Positions 20,861-31,743 of a DNA stretch of 64,000 nucleotides are shown here, piece by piece; within the stretch, counting starts at the first letter, position 1; each line of letters begins with the position of its first letter. Source of the stretch: Candidatus Bathyarchaeum tardum. Its GTDB lineage: Archaea; Thermoproteota; Bathyarchaeia; Bathyarchaeales; Bathyarchaeaceae. Both the position numbers and the translations under genes were made by a program. Location of the stretch: contig CP122380.1 in assembly GCA_024650005.2 (NCBI GenBank), positions 1,120,001-1,184,000 of the forward strand, written 5' to 3'. The notes below the pieces were generated by a model. That model ran no database searches and had not been told where the DNA came from. It saw nothing but the letters and a program-made list of their open reading frames with translations.

Positions 20861-21994
20861 GTGTATGCTTTGAGAGTTGGTGTTTTTAATCCTACTTTTA
20901 ATGTTTATGGTGGGGGTGAATTCGTTGCAGCAGTTATTGCAAATACATTGGCTCAAAATGGGCATGATGTTGTACTTTTCTGTAATGAGAAAATAAACCA
21001 GTTTAATCTCAAAAATTTTTTTGGAACGAGTTTACACCCTTCAATAAAAGAGATTATTAACTCAACTTTTTTTAAACCAACAAATGGATTGTTAGCTTTT
21101 TATCAAAACATTTTTCGCTCTTATGTTGCAAACTTAAAGACGGATATATGGATAGACGTCTTTTCTAATTGTGTTTTTCCTTGGACTAAAATAAGTTACA
21201 TTCATTTTCCATTTTTAAATACTCAAAATTATTCTCTTCGGTTTCCATACCTCAAGTATCCACACACTTTACAAACAGGGGCTTTACCATATGTAATTTT
21301 TGAAAAAACCCTATTTAATCCCAATCATAAACTCGTCATTTCTAACAGCAAATATACTGAAAATGAAATTAAAAAAAATTCTGGTATTAAATCAACTGTA
21401 TTATATCCTCCCATACCGTCTGTGTTTTTTGATAATAAAATAAAAGATTTCGAGAAAAAAGAAAAGGAAAATCTGGTTGTTACTGTATCTCGTTTTGATC
21501 CATCTAAGGGTTTAGAAAAAATTCCATATATTGCCTCATTGACAGATAACGACGTGCATTTTGTGATAATTGGTAGATTACACACCAAAAAGACATTGTT
21601 ATCGTTGAAGAATCTGACAGAAAAATTTGGTCTAACTGATAGAATACATTTTCACTCGGATATTTCAAGAACTGAAATGAAAAAAATTCTAAAAAGGGCA
21701 AAGATATATTTGCACACAAAAGTCGGGGAGCACTTTGGGATTTCGATAGTGGAAGGAATGGCGATGGGGTGTGTAACACTTGCACATGATTCTGGAGGAA
21801 TTAGAGAGTTTGTTCCGGAAAATCTTAGGTATCAAAGCATAACTGAAGCTGCTGAAATAATTTCTAGGGAGATATCTATGTGGAACCCTCAAAAAGTAGT
21901 CGAAAATATTCAACGAGCAGAAAAATTTAGGGAAGAAAATTTTTCAAAAGAATTCATTAACTTATTTGATCGATATTTAAATAAAATTTTATGA
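20861..21994 (+). CDS. GT4 glycosyltransferase (ALG11-like subgroup)
   Basis: GGGE, YIHFP, NSKYT, VLYPP, SRFDPSKG, YLHT..GEHFGISIVEGMAMG, HDSGG. Confidence 0.85.
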   Translation: MYALRVGVFNPTFNVYGGGEFVAAVIANTLAQNGHDVVLFCNEKINQFNLKNFFGTSLHPSIKEIINSTFFKPTNGLLAFYQNIFRSYVANLKTDIWIDVFSNCVFPWTKISYIHFPFLNTQNYSLRFPYLKYPHTLQTGALPYVIFEKTLFNPNHKLVISNSKYTENEIKKNSGIKSTVLYPPIPSVFFDNKIKDFEKKEKENLVVTVSRFDPSKGLEKIPYIASLTDNDVHFVIIGRLHTKKTLLSLKNLTEKFGLTDRIHFHSDISRTEMKKILKRAKIYLHTKVGEHFGISIVEGMAMGCVTLAHDSGGIREFVPENLRYQSITEAAEIISREISMWNPQKVVENIQRAEKFREENFSKEFINLFDRYLNKIL

Positions 21995-22143
21995 CCTAAA
22001 AATGATTTAGTACAACATCAGTTTTAACCTATTATCACTATTTAATTAATTCTTTTACTTATCAAAACATATGCAATCCTGAAGGTTTTTATTTGCTTCA
22101 TACATTAGAAACCGAACCTAAAACCAAACTATGACCTTAAGCT

Positions 22144-23733
22144 GTGACATTCATGGATAAAGCCATAATAATGGGAAAAACTTCGGTAACAGGGAGTTTT
22201 CATCTTTTCATTGGAAAAGTGCTATCTAGTATCATACTTGCTGTGGGCTCAATAATTTTAGGGCGAGTAATGGCGCCTGCCGAATATGGGATATACGCTA
22301 TTGCATTAATTCCATCAATGACTTTAACTCTATTTAGAGATTGGGGGATATCAAGAGCAACTATCAAATTTATTTCACAGTATAAATCTCTAGATGAAGA
22401 TGAACTCATTCATGACCTAATTATAACTGGTTCAACATTCAAACTTGCGATTAGTCTGCTTCTATCGCTTCTATCTCTATTTCTTGCGAGTTTTATTGCA
22501 ACAACTATCTTCAATAGACCTGAAACTACTTCTCTAATAGCGATAGCTTCAATCGTAATTCTTTTCGAATCCCTTGTTGGTATTTCGCAATCAATTTTTA
22601 GTGGCTATGAAAGAATGGAATACATTAGTTACATACTTATTTGCCAAGCCATAATAAAAAGTACTGTAGCCCCATTATTGATTCTTTTAGGGTATGGGGC
22701 TATAGGTGCCGTAACAGGTTATGCTTTTTCTTTCATAGTTACTGGATTACTGGGGATAACACTGTTATATTTTAGAGTTTTTAAACATCTTAAAAAATCT
22801 ATTTTTCATTTTTCAGGTAAGATAAAAACGTTGAAATCCATGTTGAAATATGGCTTTCCTATTTCAATTTCTGAAATTCTAGGCAGTTTTCTTTATCAAT
22901 TCTATGCCTTTTTAATGGCTTTTTATGTCACCGATGCTATGGTAGGCAATTATCAAATTGCCGTTAACTTTGCCGTATTCACATCATTTTTTTCATACCC
23001 CTTAGTTACGGTGTTATTTCCCGCATTTTCAAAACTTGATCCCAAACGGGAAATCGAGCTTCTGCGTTCGGTATTTTCATCTGCTGTTAAGTATGCGTCA
23101 TTATTTTTGGTACCTGCTACAATGGCAACAATAATTCTTTCTGGACCTGCGATTGAAACAATATATGGACAAAAGTGGATTGATGCACCATTTTTTTTGT
23201 CACTATATGCTTTACAAAATTTTTTTGTATTGATTGGTGGTTTAGTAGCAGACAACTTTTTAAAAGGTGTAGGAGAAACAAAAATCCTCCTGAAATTAAG
23301 TCTTCTAAGATTAGTGCTTGGTATTGCGTTAGCCTTGTTTTTAATCCCTGTATTCGGAATAGTAGGTGTGATATTGGGAACTTTCTTTGCTGAACTATTA
23401 AATAAACTTTTAAGTATTTTTTGGCTACACAAGCATTACGATGCAAATCCTAATTATAAGAGTTCAATTAAAATCTTCTTGGCATCTGCAGTTAGTGCAC
23501 TGATTACTATTTTTTTCCTTAACCTTCTTGTCATTCCTGATTGGTTAAAATTAATAATTGGAGCTGGCCTTTTCCTGATAATATACATCATTATATTACC
23601 AATCTTTGGAGCCATCACGCAAAGTGATATTCACAAACTTAAAGCAATGTTTTCTAATTTAGGCATAGTTACAAAAATAATTGACATCCCCCTCAACATT
23701 GCCGAGGTAATCTGTTCCATATTACACAAATGA
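22144..23733 (+). CDS. Wzx-type oligosaccharide flippase (MATE/PST)
   Basis: ~14 hydrophobic segments, EYGIY, DWGISRA, GYGAIGA, VGNY, LFPAFS. Confidence 0.88.
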   Translation: MTFMDKAIIMGKTSVTGSFHLFIGKVLSSIILAVGSIILGRVMAPAEYGIYAIALIPSMTLTLFRDWGISRATIKFISQYKSLDEDELIHDLIITGSTFKLAISLLLSLLSLFLASFIATTIFNRPETTSLIAIASIVILFESLVGISQSIFSGYERMEYISYILICQAIIKSTVAPLLILLGYGAIGAVTGYAFSFIVTGLLGITLLYFRVFKHLKKSIFHFSGKIKTLKSMLKYGFPISISEILGSFLYQFYAFLMAFYVTDAMVGNYQIAVNFAVFTSFFSYPLVTVLFPAFSKLDPKREIELLRSVFSSAVKYASLFLVPATMATIILSGPAIETIYGQKWIDAPFFLSLYALQNFFVLIGGLVADNFLKGVGETKILLKLSLLRLVLGIALALFLIPVFGIVGVILGTFFAELLNKLLSIFWLHKHYDANPNYKSSIKIFLASAVSALITIFFLNLLVIPDWLKLIIGAGLFLIIYIIILPIFGAITQSDIHKLKAMFSNLGIVTKIIDIPLNIAEVICSILHK

Positions 23734-23906
23734 AATTTTTATCTTTTACTTGAACGTTCGCATTAAAATCCGACTAAATCACAAAACTGATATATATAAT
23801 ATTTGATTTGTGTAATAGTTAAATTAACCCTTTTGGTCAATTTACCTGAATAGATAGTTTTATTTTTTTTGTTAAAAAAAGAACCCGTATAAAATTGTAG
23901 GAAAAA

Positions 23907-24857
23907 ATGATTATGTCAAAAAGAAAACAAACTCCACGGGTGAGCATTGGTTTGCCTGTTTTCAATGGCGAAGAATATCTTGAAGAAACGTTGAATTCGA
24001 TTATTTCTCAAAAGTTTACTGATTTTGAACTTATTATTTCAGATAATGGGTCAACTGATAACACTTCAAAAATTTGTCAAGAATACGCGCAAATAGACAA
24101 TAGAATTATTTATTATAAAACTAATAAAAACCGGGGGGCTGCTTGGAATTTTAATCAAGTCTTTAAAATGTCATCAGGTTATTATTTTAAATGGTCTGCC
24201 CATGATGATTTGCATCACCCAGAACACTTGTTGAAATGTGTTCGTGTACTTGATGAAGACCCCTCTATCATAATGTGTTATAGTAAAATTGGTGTTATTA
24301 ATGAGTATGGAGAAAAAAAAGGACATTACGATTACTGTGCTAAACTCGACTCATACAAGCCGGAACATCGTTTCAGTGAAATATTACAGAAGCGCCCCTT
24401 TTTTGCACTTTTTGGCGTTATCAAAAGAAGTGTATTAGAACAAACTCCTTTGTTTGCTGGGTATATTGGTTCAGATTGGAATCTGCTTGGGGAAATTAGC
24501 CTTACAGGTCGTATTTTTGAAATTCCAGAATATTTATTCTTTCGAAGAGAGCATGCGAAAGCTTACACAAATATATACTATTCAAAAAATATTAATATTC
24601 ATGATCATGGCAAAGAATCCCTTTGGTGGACGGGTGCTACAAAAAAACCTTTAATCACCTTGCCTTGCTGGAAAAATTGTTTTGAATTTTTTAAATCTGT
24701 AAATCGTTCCTCACTTAATTTTTCTAAAAAATTGTTGTGTTATAATGAACTTGGAAAATGGTTAACTAAAGGAAGCGGAGGAAAAATGTTATACTTAGAT
24801 TTAAAAAATGAATATAATCTATTTCGTCTTAAATTAAATTATAATAGTTCAAAGTGA
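23907..24857 (+). CDS. GT2 glycosyltransferase
   Basis: PRVSIGLPVFNGE, ISDNGSTD, NRGAAWNFN, YFKWSAHDD. Confidence 0.9.
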   Translation: MIMSKRKQTPRVSIGLPVFNGEEYLEETLNSIISQKFTDFELIISDNGSTDNTSKICQEYAQIDNRIIYYKTNKNRGAAWNFNQVFKMSSGYYFKWSAHDDLHHPEHLLKCVRVLDEDPSIIMCYSKIGVINEYGEKKGHYDYCAKLDSYKPEHRFSEILQKRPFFALFGVIKRSVLEQTPLFAGYIGSDWNLLGEISLTGRIFEIPEYLFFRREHAKAYTNIYYSKNINIHDHGKESLWWTGATKKPLITLPCWKNCFEFFKSVNRSSLNFSKKLLCYNELGKWLTKGSGGKMLYLDLKNEYNLFRLKLNYNSSK

Positions 24858-24948
24858 TTTTATTACTATTTTCCATTTTTTAATCTAGTAATCATATTCT
24901 TAACCATCGCAATGTTTCAAATCAAAATTTTAAAAGTGATATAATATT

Positions 24949-25710
24949 ATGAAAGTTGTAATCCTTGCAGGCGGTCTTGGCACTCGTCTATGTGAAGAAA
25001 CTGTTGACAAACCTAAAGCTATGGTAAAAATTGGGGAGCTTCCAATTCTTTTGCATATTATGAGATATTATTCTGATTTTGGTTTCAATGAGTTTGTGAT
25101 AGCCCTTGGTTACAAAGGTGATTACATAAAGCACTGGATGAAAAACTACAGTGACTTAAATCAGAATATTATTGTAACCACAGAACTAGATGCTGATATT
25201 TCGCAAAATAAAAATGAAAAGAATTGGTTGATCCGCTTAATTGATACTGGTCTTTACACTCAAACTGGTGGACGAATTAAGCGTTTAGAACCTTTACTGG
25301 TTGAGGAACCTTTCATGTTAACTTATTGTGATGGTTTAGCAGATATTAACCTTCACTCTTTAACGAAATTCCATAAATCGCACGGTAATTTGGCGACAGT
25401 AACTGCGGTTAGGCCCCAAAGCCGTTTTGGTCATTTAGTTTTAAATGGTGATCAGGTGTTAAATTTTGAAGAGAAGCCACGTCTTGATTGGGTTAATGGA
25501 GCTTTTTGTGTTTTTGAACCTGGAGTGCTTGATTACATCGAGAATGATAATACCAATTTTATGAAAGAATCATTGAAAAAATTGGCAGACGCGGGAGAAC
25601 TTATGGCTTTTCGCCATAATGGTTTTTGGCAATGTATGGACACGATATCGGAAAAAGTGTTGTTGGAAAAAATTTGGAATACCGGTAAAGCTCCTTGGAA
25701 GAAAGAATGA
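24949..25710 (+). CDS. rfbF: Glucose-1-phosphate cytidylyltransferase
   Basis: VILAGGLGTRL.EET..KPK.MV.IG, DTG..TQTGGRIKR, TY.DG, FWQCMDT, APWK. Confidence 0.88.
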   Translation: MKVVILAGGLGTRLCEETVDKPKAMVKIGELPILLHIMRYYSDFGFNEFVIALGYKGDYIKHWMKNYSDLNQNIIVTTELDADISQNKNEKNWLIRLIDTGLYTQTGGRIKRLEPLLVEEPFMLTYCDGLADINLHSLTKFHKSHGNLATVTAVRPQSRFGHLVLNGDQVLNFEEKPRLDWVNGAFCVFEPGVLDYIENDNTNFMKESLKKLADAGELMAFRHNGFWQCMDTISEKVLLEKIWNTGKAPWKKE

Positions 25711-25802
25711 TTAGCTTTAATTTTTTCTTTGTAATATATTACTTTTAGTAATAGTCTATTTATGTGCTATTAAATAATCGATACATTGTGAAGGAAATAA
25801 AA

Positions 25803-26858
25803 ATGCGTGTGTTGGTAACTGGTCATAAAGGGTATATTGGGTCAGTTATGGTACCGATGCTTTTAAACCGTGGGTTTGATGTTGTTGGGTTAGACAATGA
25901 TTTGTATGAAGGCGCAATTTTTGGTGATGTCTCACTTTATGGCGGGGTGCCTTGTGTTCCTTACCTGCGAAAAGACATACGTGATGTTGAAATCTCTGAT
26001 CTTAACGGCATTAATTCTATAATCCATTTGTGTGCCCTTTCAAATGATCCTTTAGGGAACTTTGATCCAAACATAACTTATGAAATAAATTGTCAGGCAT
26101 CAATAAAATTGGCAAAATTAGCAAAAAAAGCTGGTGTTAATCGTCTAATTTTTACTTCTTCGTGTAGCGTGTACGGGATAGCAAAAACCGATATGGTTAA
26201 TGAAGAATCAGAACCAAATCCAATAACTGCGTATGGAACCTCTAAGCTCCGTGCTGAACAGGCAATTTCTGCTTTAGCTGACTCTAACTTTAGTCCGGTT
26301 TTCATGCGGCCTGCCACAGCCTATGGGGTTTCCCCCATGCTGCGTTTTGATTTGGTTCTCAATAATTTTGTTGCTTGGGCTTACACCAGCAGCATCGTTT
26401 TATTAAAGAGCACGGGAACAGCTTTTCGCCCAATTGTTCATATTGAAGATATTTCCAGAGCATTTATTGCTGCTTTAACTGCTCCTCGAGATGCTGTGCA
26501 TAATCAAGTTTTCAATGTTGGACAAACTAAAGAAAATTACATTATTAAAGACTTGGCTCAAATTGCTAAAGAAACGGTTCCTAAATCAAAAATAAGATAT
26601 GCTAAAGATGCTTCAGTGGACAAACGATCGTATCGTGTTGATTTTAGTAAAATATCTTCCCATATTCCAACATTTAAACCGAAATGGAATGCTCGTTCAG
26701 GTGCAAAACAACTATACGACGCGTTTAAACAATATGGACTTGTTCTTGAAGATTTTGAAGGCCCAAGATATAGGCGAATATCTCATCTCGAAAACAATGT
26801 AGCAAATGGTATTCTAGACAAAGACCTACGTAAGGTAGTGTATAATTGTGACAAATGA
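25803..26858 (+). CDS. NAD-dependent nucleotide-sugar epimerase/dehydratase (extended SDR)
   Basis: [30 protein letters not shown] (YxxxK). ATG 25803. Confidence 0.88.
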   Translation: MRVLVTGHKGYIGSVMVPMLLNRGFDVVGLDNDLYEGAIFGDVSLYGGVPCVPYLRKDIRDVEISDLNGINSIIHLCALSNDPLGNFDPNITYEINCQASIKLAKLAKKAGVNRLIFTSSCSVYGIAKTDMVNEESEPNPITAYGTSKLRAEQAISALADSNFSPVFMRPATAYGVSPMLRFDLVLNNFVAWAYTSSIVLLKSTGTAFRPIVHIEDISRAFIAALTAPRDAVHNQVFNVGQTKENYIIKDLAQIAKETVPKSKIRYAKDASVDKRSYRVDFSKISSHIPTFKPKWNARSGAKQLYDAFKQYGLVLEDFEGPRYRRISHLENNVANGILDKDLRKVVYNCDK

Positions 26859-28092
26859 TTCCTATTACTGTTCCATCTCAGGTTGTAGATCCTGTGGAAA
26901 CAAAGATCTCAAACAAGTAATTTCCTTTGGTGAGATGCCCATCGCTGATGCTTTACTCACAAAAAAACAACTTGAAGAGCCAGAAATTTTAGTTCCATTA
27001 ACAGTTGTTTTTTGTCCCGAATGTTCACTTTTACAGATTATTGAAACCGTAGATCCTGAAATTTTGTTCTGCCGTGACTATCCATATTTTTCTTCAACTT
27101 CACAAGCTTATTTAGAGCATGCACGAAAAAATGCTGAAAGCTTAATAAAATTAAGAAATTTGACCTCAGAAAGTTTAGTAATTGAACCTGCATGCAATGA
27201 TGGCTATTTGTTAAAAAATTTTTTAGATAAGGGCATCCCTGTTCTTGGGATTGATCCAGCTGAAGCACCTGTGCAAAAAGCAAAAGAATCTGGAATTAAT
27301 GCAATGTGCACTTTTTTTACAAAACAACTTGCACAGCAACTTAAAAAAGATGGCATTCAAGCTGATGTTTTGCTTGCAAACAATGTTCTGGCACATGTTG
27401 CAGACACGAACGGCTTCATTGAAGGAATTCATACAATACTGAAAAACACTGGAGTTGCTGTTATTGAAGTTCCTTATGTTGTTGACATGATTGACAAACG
27501 TGAATTTGACACTATTTATCATCAACACCTGTGCATATTTTCATTAACTGCCCTAGATAACCTGTTTCGCCAACATTCAATGTATATCAATGAAGTTTGC
27601 CATGTTTCTGTACATGGTGGAACTCTGCGAATTTATGTAGAACTAGAAGAAAACGTAGGAAAATCTGTAAAAAAAATGCTGGAAAACGAAATCAGTCGGG
27701 GCATAAACCAGTTTAGTTTTTATCAAGATTTTGCAAAACGAGTAAACGAATTGCGGGATTCACTTATGGAAATTATTGAAAACATCAAAAAACAAGGAAA
27801 AACAATTGCTGCATATGGGGCAGCAGCCAAAGGACAGACATTGATGTGCTACTGCGGAATTGATAAACGGCATATTGATTATGTTGTCGACTTGAACCCG
27901 TTTAAACACGGCCGCTATATGGGAGGCAACCATTTAGAAATATTTCCTACTTCTAAAATCCTGACAGAAATGCCTGATTATGTTTTATTGCTGCCCTGGA
28001 ATTTCAAAGATGAAATATTAGAACAACAAAAAGAATACCGGCAAAAAGGCGGCAAATTCATAATTCCGGTACCAAATCCTGTGATTGTTTAA
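26848..28092 (+). CDS. NDP-hexose C-methyltransferase
   Basis: N-terminal Zn site CRSCG...[42 protein letters not shown]. Confidence 0.88.
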   Translation: MTNDSYYCSISGCRSCGNKDLKQVISFGEMPIADALLTKKQLEEPEILVPLTVVFCPECSLLQIIETVDPEILFCRDYPYFSSTSQAYLEHARKNAESLIKLRNLTSESLVIEPACNDGYLLKNFLDKGIPVLGIDPAEAPVQKAKESGINAMCTFFTKQLAQQLKKDGIQADVLLANNVLAHVADTNGFIEGIHTILKNTGVAVIEVPYVVDMIDKREFDTIYHQHLCIFSLTALDNLFRQHSMYINEVCHVSVHGGTLRIYVELEENVGKSVKKMLENEISRGINQFSFYQDFAKRVNELRDSLMEIIENIKKQGKTIAAYGAAAKGQTLMCYCGIDKRHIDYVVDLNPFKHGRYMGGNHLEIFPTSKILTEMPDYVLLLPWNFKDEILEQQKEYRQKGGKFIIPVPNPVIV

Positions 28093-28135
28093 TTTTTACA
28101 AATTTTGAAATTAACACACCTTTGGATGTAAAAAA

Positions 28136-29317
28136 ATGAACACAAAAGCATTTTGTCCCAGTTGCAACTGCAATAAAATATCTATTTTTTATGAAACAAA
28201 AAACATTCCTGTAAATAATTGTTTAATGCTTTCAAGTGAACAACAAGCACAAAATTTTCCAACAGGAAATATGACATTAGGCTTTTGTAACAATTGTGGA
28301 TTTATTTTCAACACCGTTTATGATGTTTCTAAAGTAGATTATTCATCAACATATGAAGATCAACAATGCTTTTCACCAACTTTCAATCTTTTTGCTGAAA
28401 AACTAGCCAAACGGTTAATTAACAAATATGATTTGCACGACAAAAAAATTTTGGAAATTGGTTGCGGAAAAGGGGACTTTTTAAATTTACTTTGCAGATT
28501 AGGTTCAAACAAAGGCGTAGGAATCGACCCAGCATATATAAAGGGGCGAATCAACTCTGAAGATTCAAAACATTTAACTTTTATTCGTGACTTTTTTTCC
28601 GAAAAACATGCAAACTATGTTGGCGATTTTGTTTGTTGCAGACACACTTTGGAACATATACCAAACACGTTTGAGTTTGTCAGCACTGTTCGTCGCTCAA
28701 TAGGTGAGCGTTTAGACGTGACCGTATTTTTTGAGTTGCCTGATGTTACCCGAGTTTTGGATGAAATAGCTTTTTGGGATATCTATTATGAACACTGTTC
28801 ATATTTTAGTCAAGGTTCTTTGGGTCGACTATTTCGTTTTTGCAACTTTGAGATACTAGATATTTCCAAAGACTTCAACGATCAATACCTATTAATTGAA
28901 GCAAAACCAGCCAAAGGAAAACCAAAAGAAATCCATAAAAGTGAAGAAACAGTTAATCAACTGGAAAAGAAAGTTGAACACTTTTCTGTGCATTGCCGTG
29001 AAACCTTAGAGCAGTGGAAAAATCGCTTGAATTCTTTTTCTGATGAAAGGAAACGGGTTGTTATTTGGGGCTCTAGTTCGAAATGTGTATCTTTCTTATC
29101 AACACTTAATATTAAGTCTGAAATTGATTTTATTGTCGATATTAACCCTTTTCGTCATGGAAAATATCTTCCAGGTAGCGGAAAAGAAGTGATGTCCCCT
29201 CAAACTCTAAGAAAAAATAAACCTGATGTGGTAATTGTGATGAATCCAATCTACCAAAACGAAATATGTAAGATGTTAGATGAAATGGATTTAGCTCCAG
29301 AGGTAATTTCCATTTGA
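28136..29317 (+). CDS. Second C-methyltransferase-family protein
   Basis: CPSC...CNNCG, LEIGCGKG, RHTLEH, FWDIYYEH, WGSSSK, VDINP..HG. Confidence 0.82.
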   Translation: MNTKAFCPSCNCNKISIFYETKNIPVNNCLMLSSEQQAQNFPTGNMTLGFCNNCGFIFNTVYDVSKVDYSSTYEDQQCFSPTFNLFAEKLAKRLINKYDLHDKKILEIGCGKGDFLNLLCRLGSNKGVGIDPAYIKGRINSEDSKHLTFIRDFFSEKHANYVGDFVCCRHTLEHIPNTFEFVSTVRRSIGERLDVTVFFELPDVTRVLDEIAFWDIYYEHCSYFSQGSLGRLFRFCNFEILDISKDFNDQYLLIEAKPAKGKPKEIHKSEETVNQLEKKVEHFSVHCRETLEQWKNRLNSFSDERKRVVIWGSSSKCVSFLSTLNIKSEIDFIVDINPFRHGKYLPGSGKEVMSPQTLRKNKPDVVIVMNPIYQNEICKMLDEMDLAPEVISI

Positions 29318-29423
29318 AGCAAACGTCTAAATTATTAACTTCAAATAATATGTCCAAAAATCAGATTTATATGCAATCAAGAACAATAACGTTAAAAATT
29401 GAAAACACTGTGGTATTACAACG

Positions 29424-30521
29424 ATGTTGAATCAAAATCCATGGCGAACAAGTACAATTACCAAAGTTAGACTATTCCAACTTGTTTTTTTGTTTGTTTT
29501 GATTTGGTTCTTTTTTTGGGCGCATATTTATGAAATGATTTTTTGGAACAAGTCATTTATTGAATCTTTGTACGCGTCTATACCAAATGTTTTGATTTAT
29601 TTAGCGTCAATAATTATTCTGATTAGCCTTGAAGTTTATTCGAAACGCATCAATCAAACTTCAAAAATTTTCAACTCGCAAATTACAGAAAAATTTTATA
29701 AAAAAAAGGAGCAATTAACTAAAATGAACTCAAAGAAAAAACGTTCTAATGTAACTGAGCTTTCTCTTACTGCAATGGGGGCAATATTGCTTGTCTTTTC
29801 AATTGTTGTTTCTTCGACAATTATTGCTTTTATTGGATTAAGTCTAACTTTTTGGGGCATACTTTTCCTTCTTACTATGTCAAAAAATTACATATCAAAC
29901 AATGTCTTTGAAGCTACAAATATCTCTCCTTATGCTACTTTGAACCGAATAATGTCTGATTTTGATTATGATGTAAACGCAATCTATATTCCGTCTCTTT
30001 CTGAAGAAAGCAATCTGCCTGAACATCTTTCTGGATTAAAAGAAATGACAGTTTTTATCTCATCAAAAAAAGAGATGACCTTACCCAGTTTAGAAAAACT
30101 AGTAGGAAAACATTTCATGATTAATGACCCCGAAGGTCTTTGCATTACTCCACCTGGTTCAGGTCTTGTTAGTCTTTTCGAAAATGAATTAAAAACTAGT
30201 TTAACAAAGATCGATGCTGAAGATTTGTATGATTTTCTGCCCAAAATCATAATAGCTAACTTGGAACTTGCAGGAAATTTGGAAATAAAACCTATGAATG
30301 GAGCGATACATGTTAAGATTGTTGACTCAGTTTATGCCAATCTTTACGCCAACAAAGAAACTTTAAAAAGCATTAATCTAGTTGGGTGCCCATTGGTCAG
30401 TGCTCTTTGTTGTTCTATAGCAAATACAACTCGCAAATTAGTGACCTTAACTCAGACTAAAGTTTCGCCAAATCTTAAAACAATTGAAGTATGGTTTAAA
30501 CTAGAATCGAGGTTGAGTTAA
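29424..30521 (+). CDS. Hypothetical membrane protein with C-terminal V4R-like segment
   Basis: Four TM segments, then a soluble domain ending VGCPLVSALCCSIA. The fold is inference. Confidence 0.6.
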   Translation: MLNQNPWRTSTITKVRLFQLVFLFVLIWFFFWAHIYEMIFWNKSFIESLYASIPNVLIYLASIIILISLEVYSKRINQTSKIFNSQITEKFYKKKEQLTKMNSKKKRSNVTELSLTAMGAILLVFSIVVSSTIIAFIGLSLTFWGILFLLTMSKNYISNNVFEATNISPYATLNRIMSDFDYDVNAIYIPSLSEESNLPEHLSGLKEMTVFISSKKEMTLPSLEKLVGKHFMINDPEGLCITPPGSGLVSLFENELKTSLTKIDAEDLYDFLPKIIIANLELAGNLEIKPMNGAIHVKIVDSVYANLYANKETLKSINLVGCPLVSALCCSIANTTRKLVTLTQTKVSPNLKTIEVWFKLESRLS

Positions 30522-30522
30522 A

Positions 30523-30732
30523 CTGTTTTCTTTCCCGCTTTCGTTAACAGATTTTAGCTTATGGCTTGCAATTACTGCATTAGTTTTGCTTATAACTTCA
30601 GAGGCGCTGTTCTCCCAATCAGCTTTAACCCTTCGGATGGACAAAAAACGTTTTCAATTAATATCCATTCTTTTAGGTTTAGCATTCATGGTTACTGTTA
30701 TGCTGAAGGTCTTTATGCCTGATCTATTTTAA
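30523..30732 (+). CDS. Small 2-TM membrane protein (69 aa, CTG start), missed by the ORF track
   Basis: GAGGTTGA RBS at 30509-30516, CTG 30523, FSFPLSLTDFSLWLAITALVLLITSE...DKKRFQLISILLGLAFMVTVMLKVFMPDLF, TAA 30730-30732. Confidence 0.7.
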   Translation: MFSFPLSLTDFSLWLAITALVLLITSEALFSQSALTLRMDKKRFQLISILLGLAFMVTVMLKVFMPDLF

Positions 30733-30774
30733 TATGAATAAAAAAATAAGAAAGGAATTCTATCCTTTACCTAG

Positions 30775-31251
30775 TTAGCTGCCGATTATTGTTATGTCAA
30801 AGCTGAATGTTTCCACGTTTTGGATGTTGGATGCTACGGATAAGGTCAAAGTAATTGCCACTGACTGATCTGGACTGATTGCTGCATTATTGTAATCCCA
30901 GTTGACGCCAAGGTAAGTTCCAGCTGCTGTAGGTATCCAATTATCAACCACTAATGATAGTGTAGTTTGGGTATTGCCTTCGTTTTTTACATAAAATGTT
31001 ATGCTGCTACTGCCGCCTGGCGTAAGGGTTCCCCAAGGCAAAGAAGTTAAGGCAGTAGTACACTGCTGGTTTGAATACACTCCAATTCCTGTGGTAGTTT
31101 GTATTTGAATAGCTCCTGAGTTGGAAAATTTTGCTGTTGCTTGTCCAGCTGGATATGCTTGACTGACTAATGACAAACTTAGAGTGTAAGTTATGAGAAT
31201 CAACATTGAGGCTGTAATTATGGTTTCTTTGGTTGCCATTAATTTCACCAA
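30775..31251 (-). CDS. Small secreted beta-rich (Ig-like) protein, possible fibre/pilin subunit
   Basis: Hydrophobic leader, SNSGAI, WGTLTPG, YVKNEGN, WDY, terminal FSFDITIIGS strand. Confidence 0.7.
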   Translation of the reverse strand: MVKLMATKETIITASMLILITYTLSLSLVSQAYPAGQATAKFSNSGAIQIQTTTGIGVYSNQQCTTALTSLPWGTLTPGGSSSITFYVKNEGNTQTTLSLVVDNWIPTAAGTYLGVNWDYNNAAISPDQSVAITLTLSVASNIQNVETFSFDITIIGS

Positions 31252-31431
31252 ATATATATTGTTTAGTAAGACTTAATAAAGTTTGTTGTTGAGTTGTGCT
31301 ACAATTATACACTTTATTTAAAAAATAGAATAAATATGTATTGTTAATACGGAAAACTACAAATAATAACTAAGAAGTATTTATTGTAGTGATTAATATG
31401 CATCCTCACTTTTCAAAACCTTCAAGCGTTT

Positions 31432-31743
31432 TCACTGTTTCTGTTCGTAGCATTCCATAATCCTGTAGCATCCTAAGCATCTTTCTGAAACAGAATTATC
31501 TTCACCAATTTTTCGTATGTTTCCAAATCCACGGGGGCACTCTGCATAATCATTTTGAACTTGAATTTTTGGGGGTAATTTAGGATTTTTTGCTTGTCTA
31601 CTTTTTCTTATTTGGTTTATTTGCTTAAAAAATGATTTCTGCTCTGGATTTTTTGGTTCCAGTTTAGTGATATACATTATGAGCAAAACAACTACACCTA
31701 TAGCTAAAATTAGATCAATGGCGCTGAGTTCAAATGTTAACAT
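31432..31743 (-). CDS. Small membrane-anchored protein with C-terminal Cys4 metal-binding motif
   Basis: N-terminal TM helix, ECPRGFG...RCLGCYRIMEC. Confidence 0.65.
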   Translation of the reverse strand: MLTFELSAIDLILAIGVVVLLIMYITKLEPKNPEQKSFFKQINQIRKSRQAKNPKLPPKIQVQNDYAECPRGFGNIRKIGEDNSVSERCLGCYRIMECYEQKQ

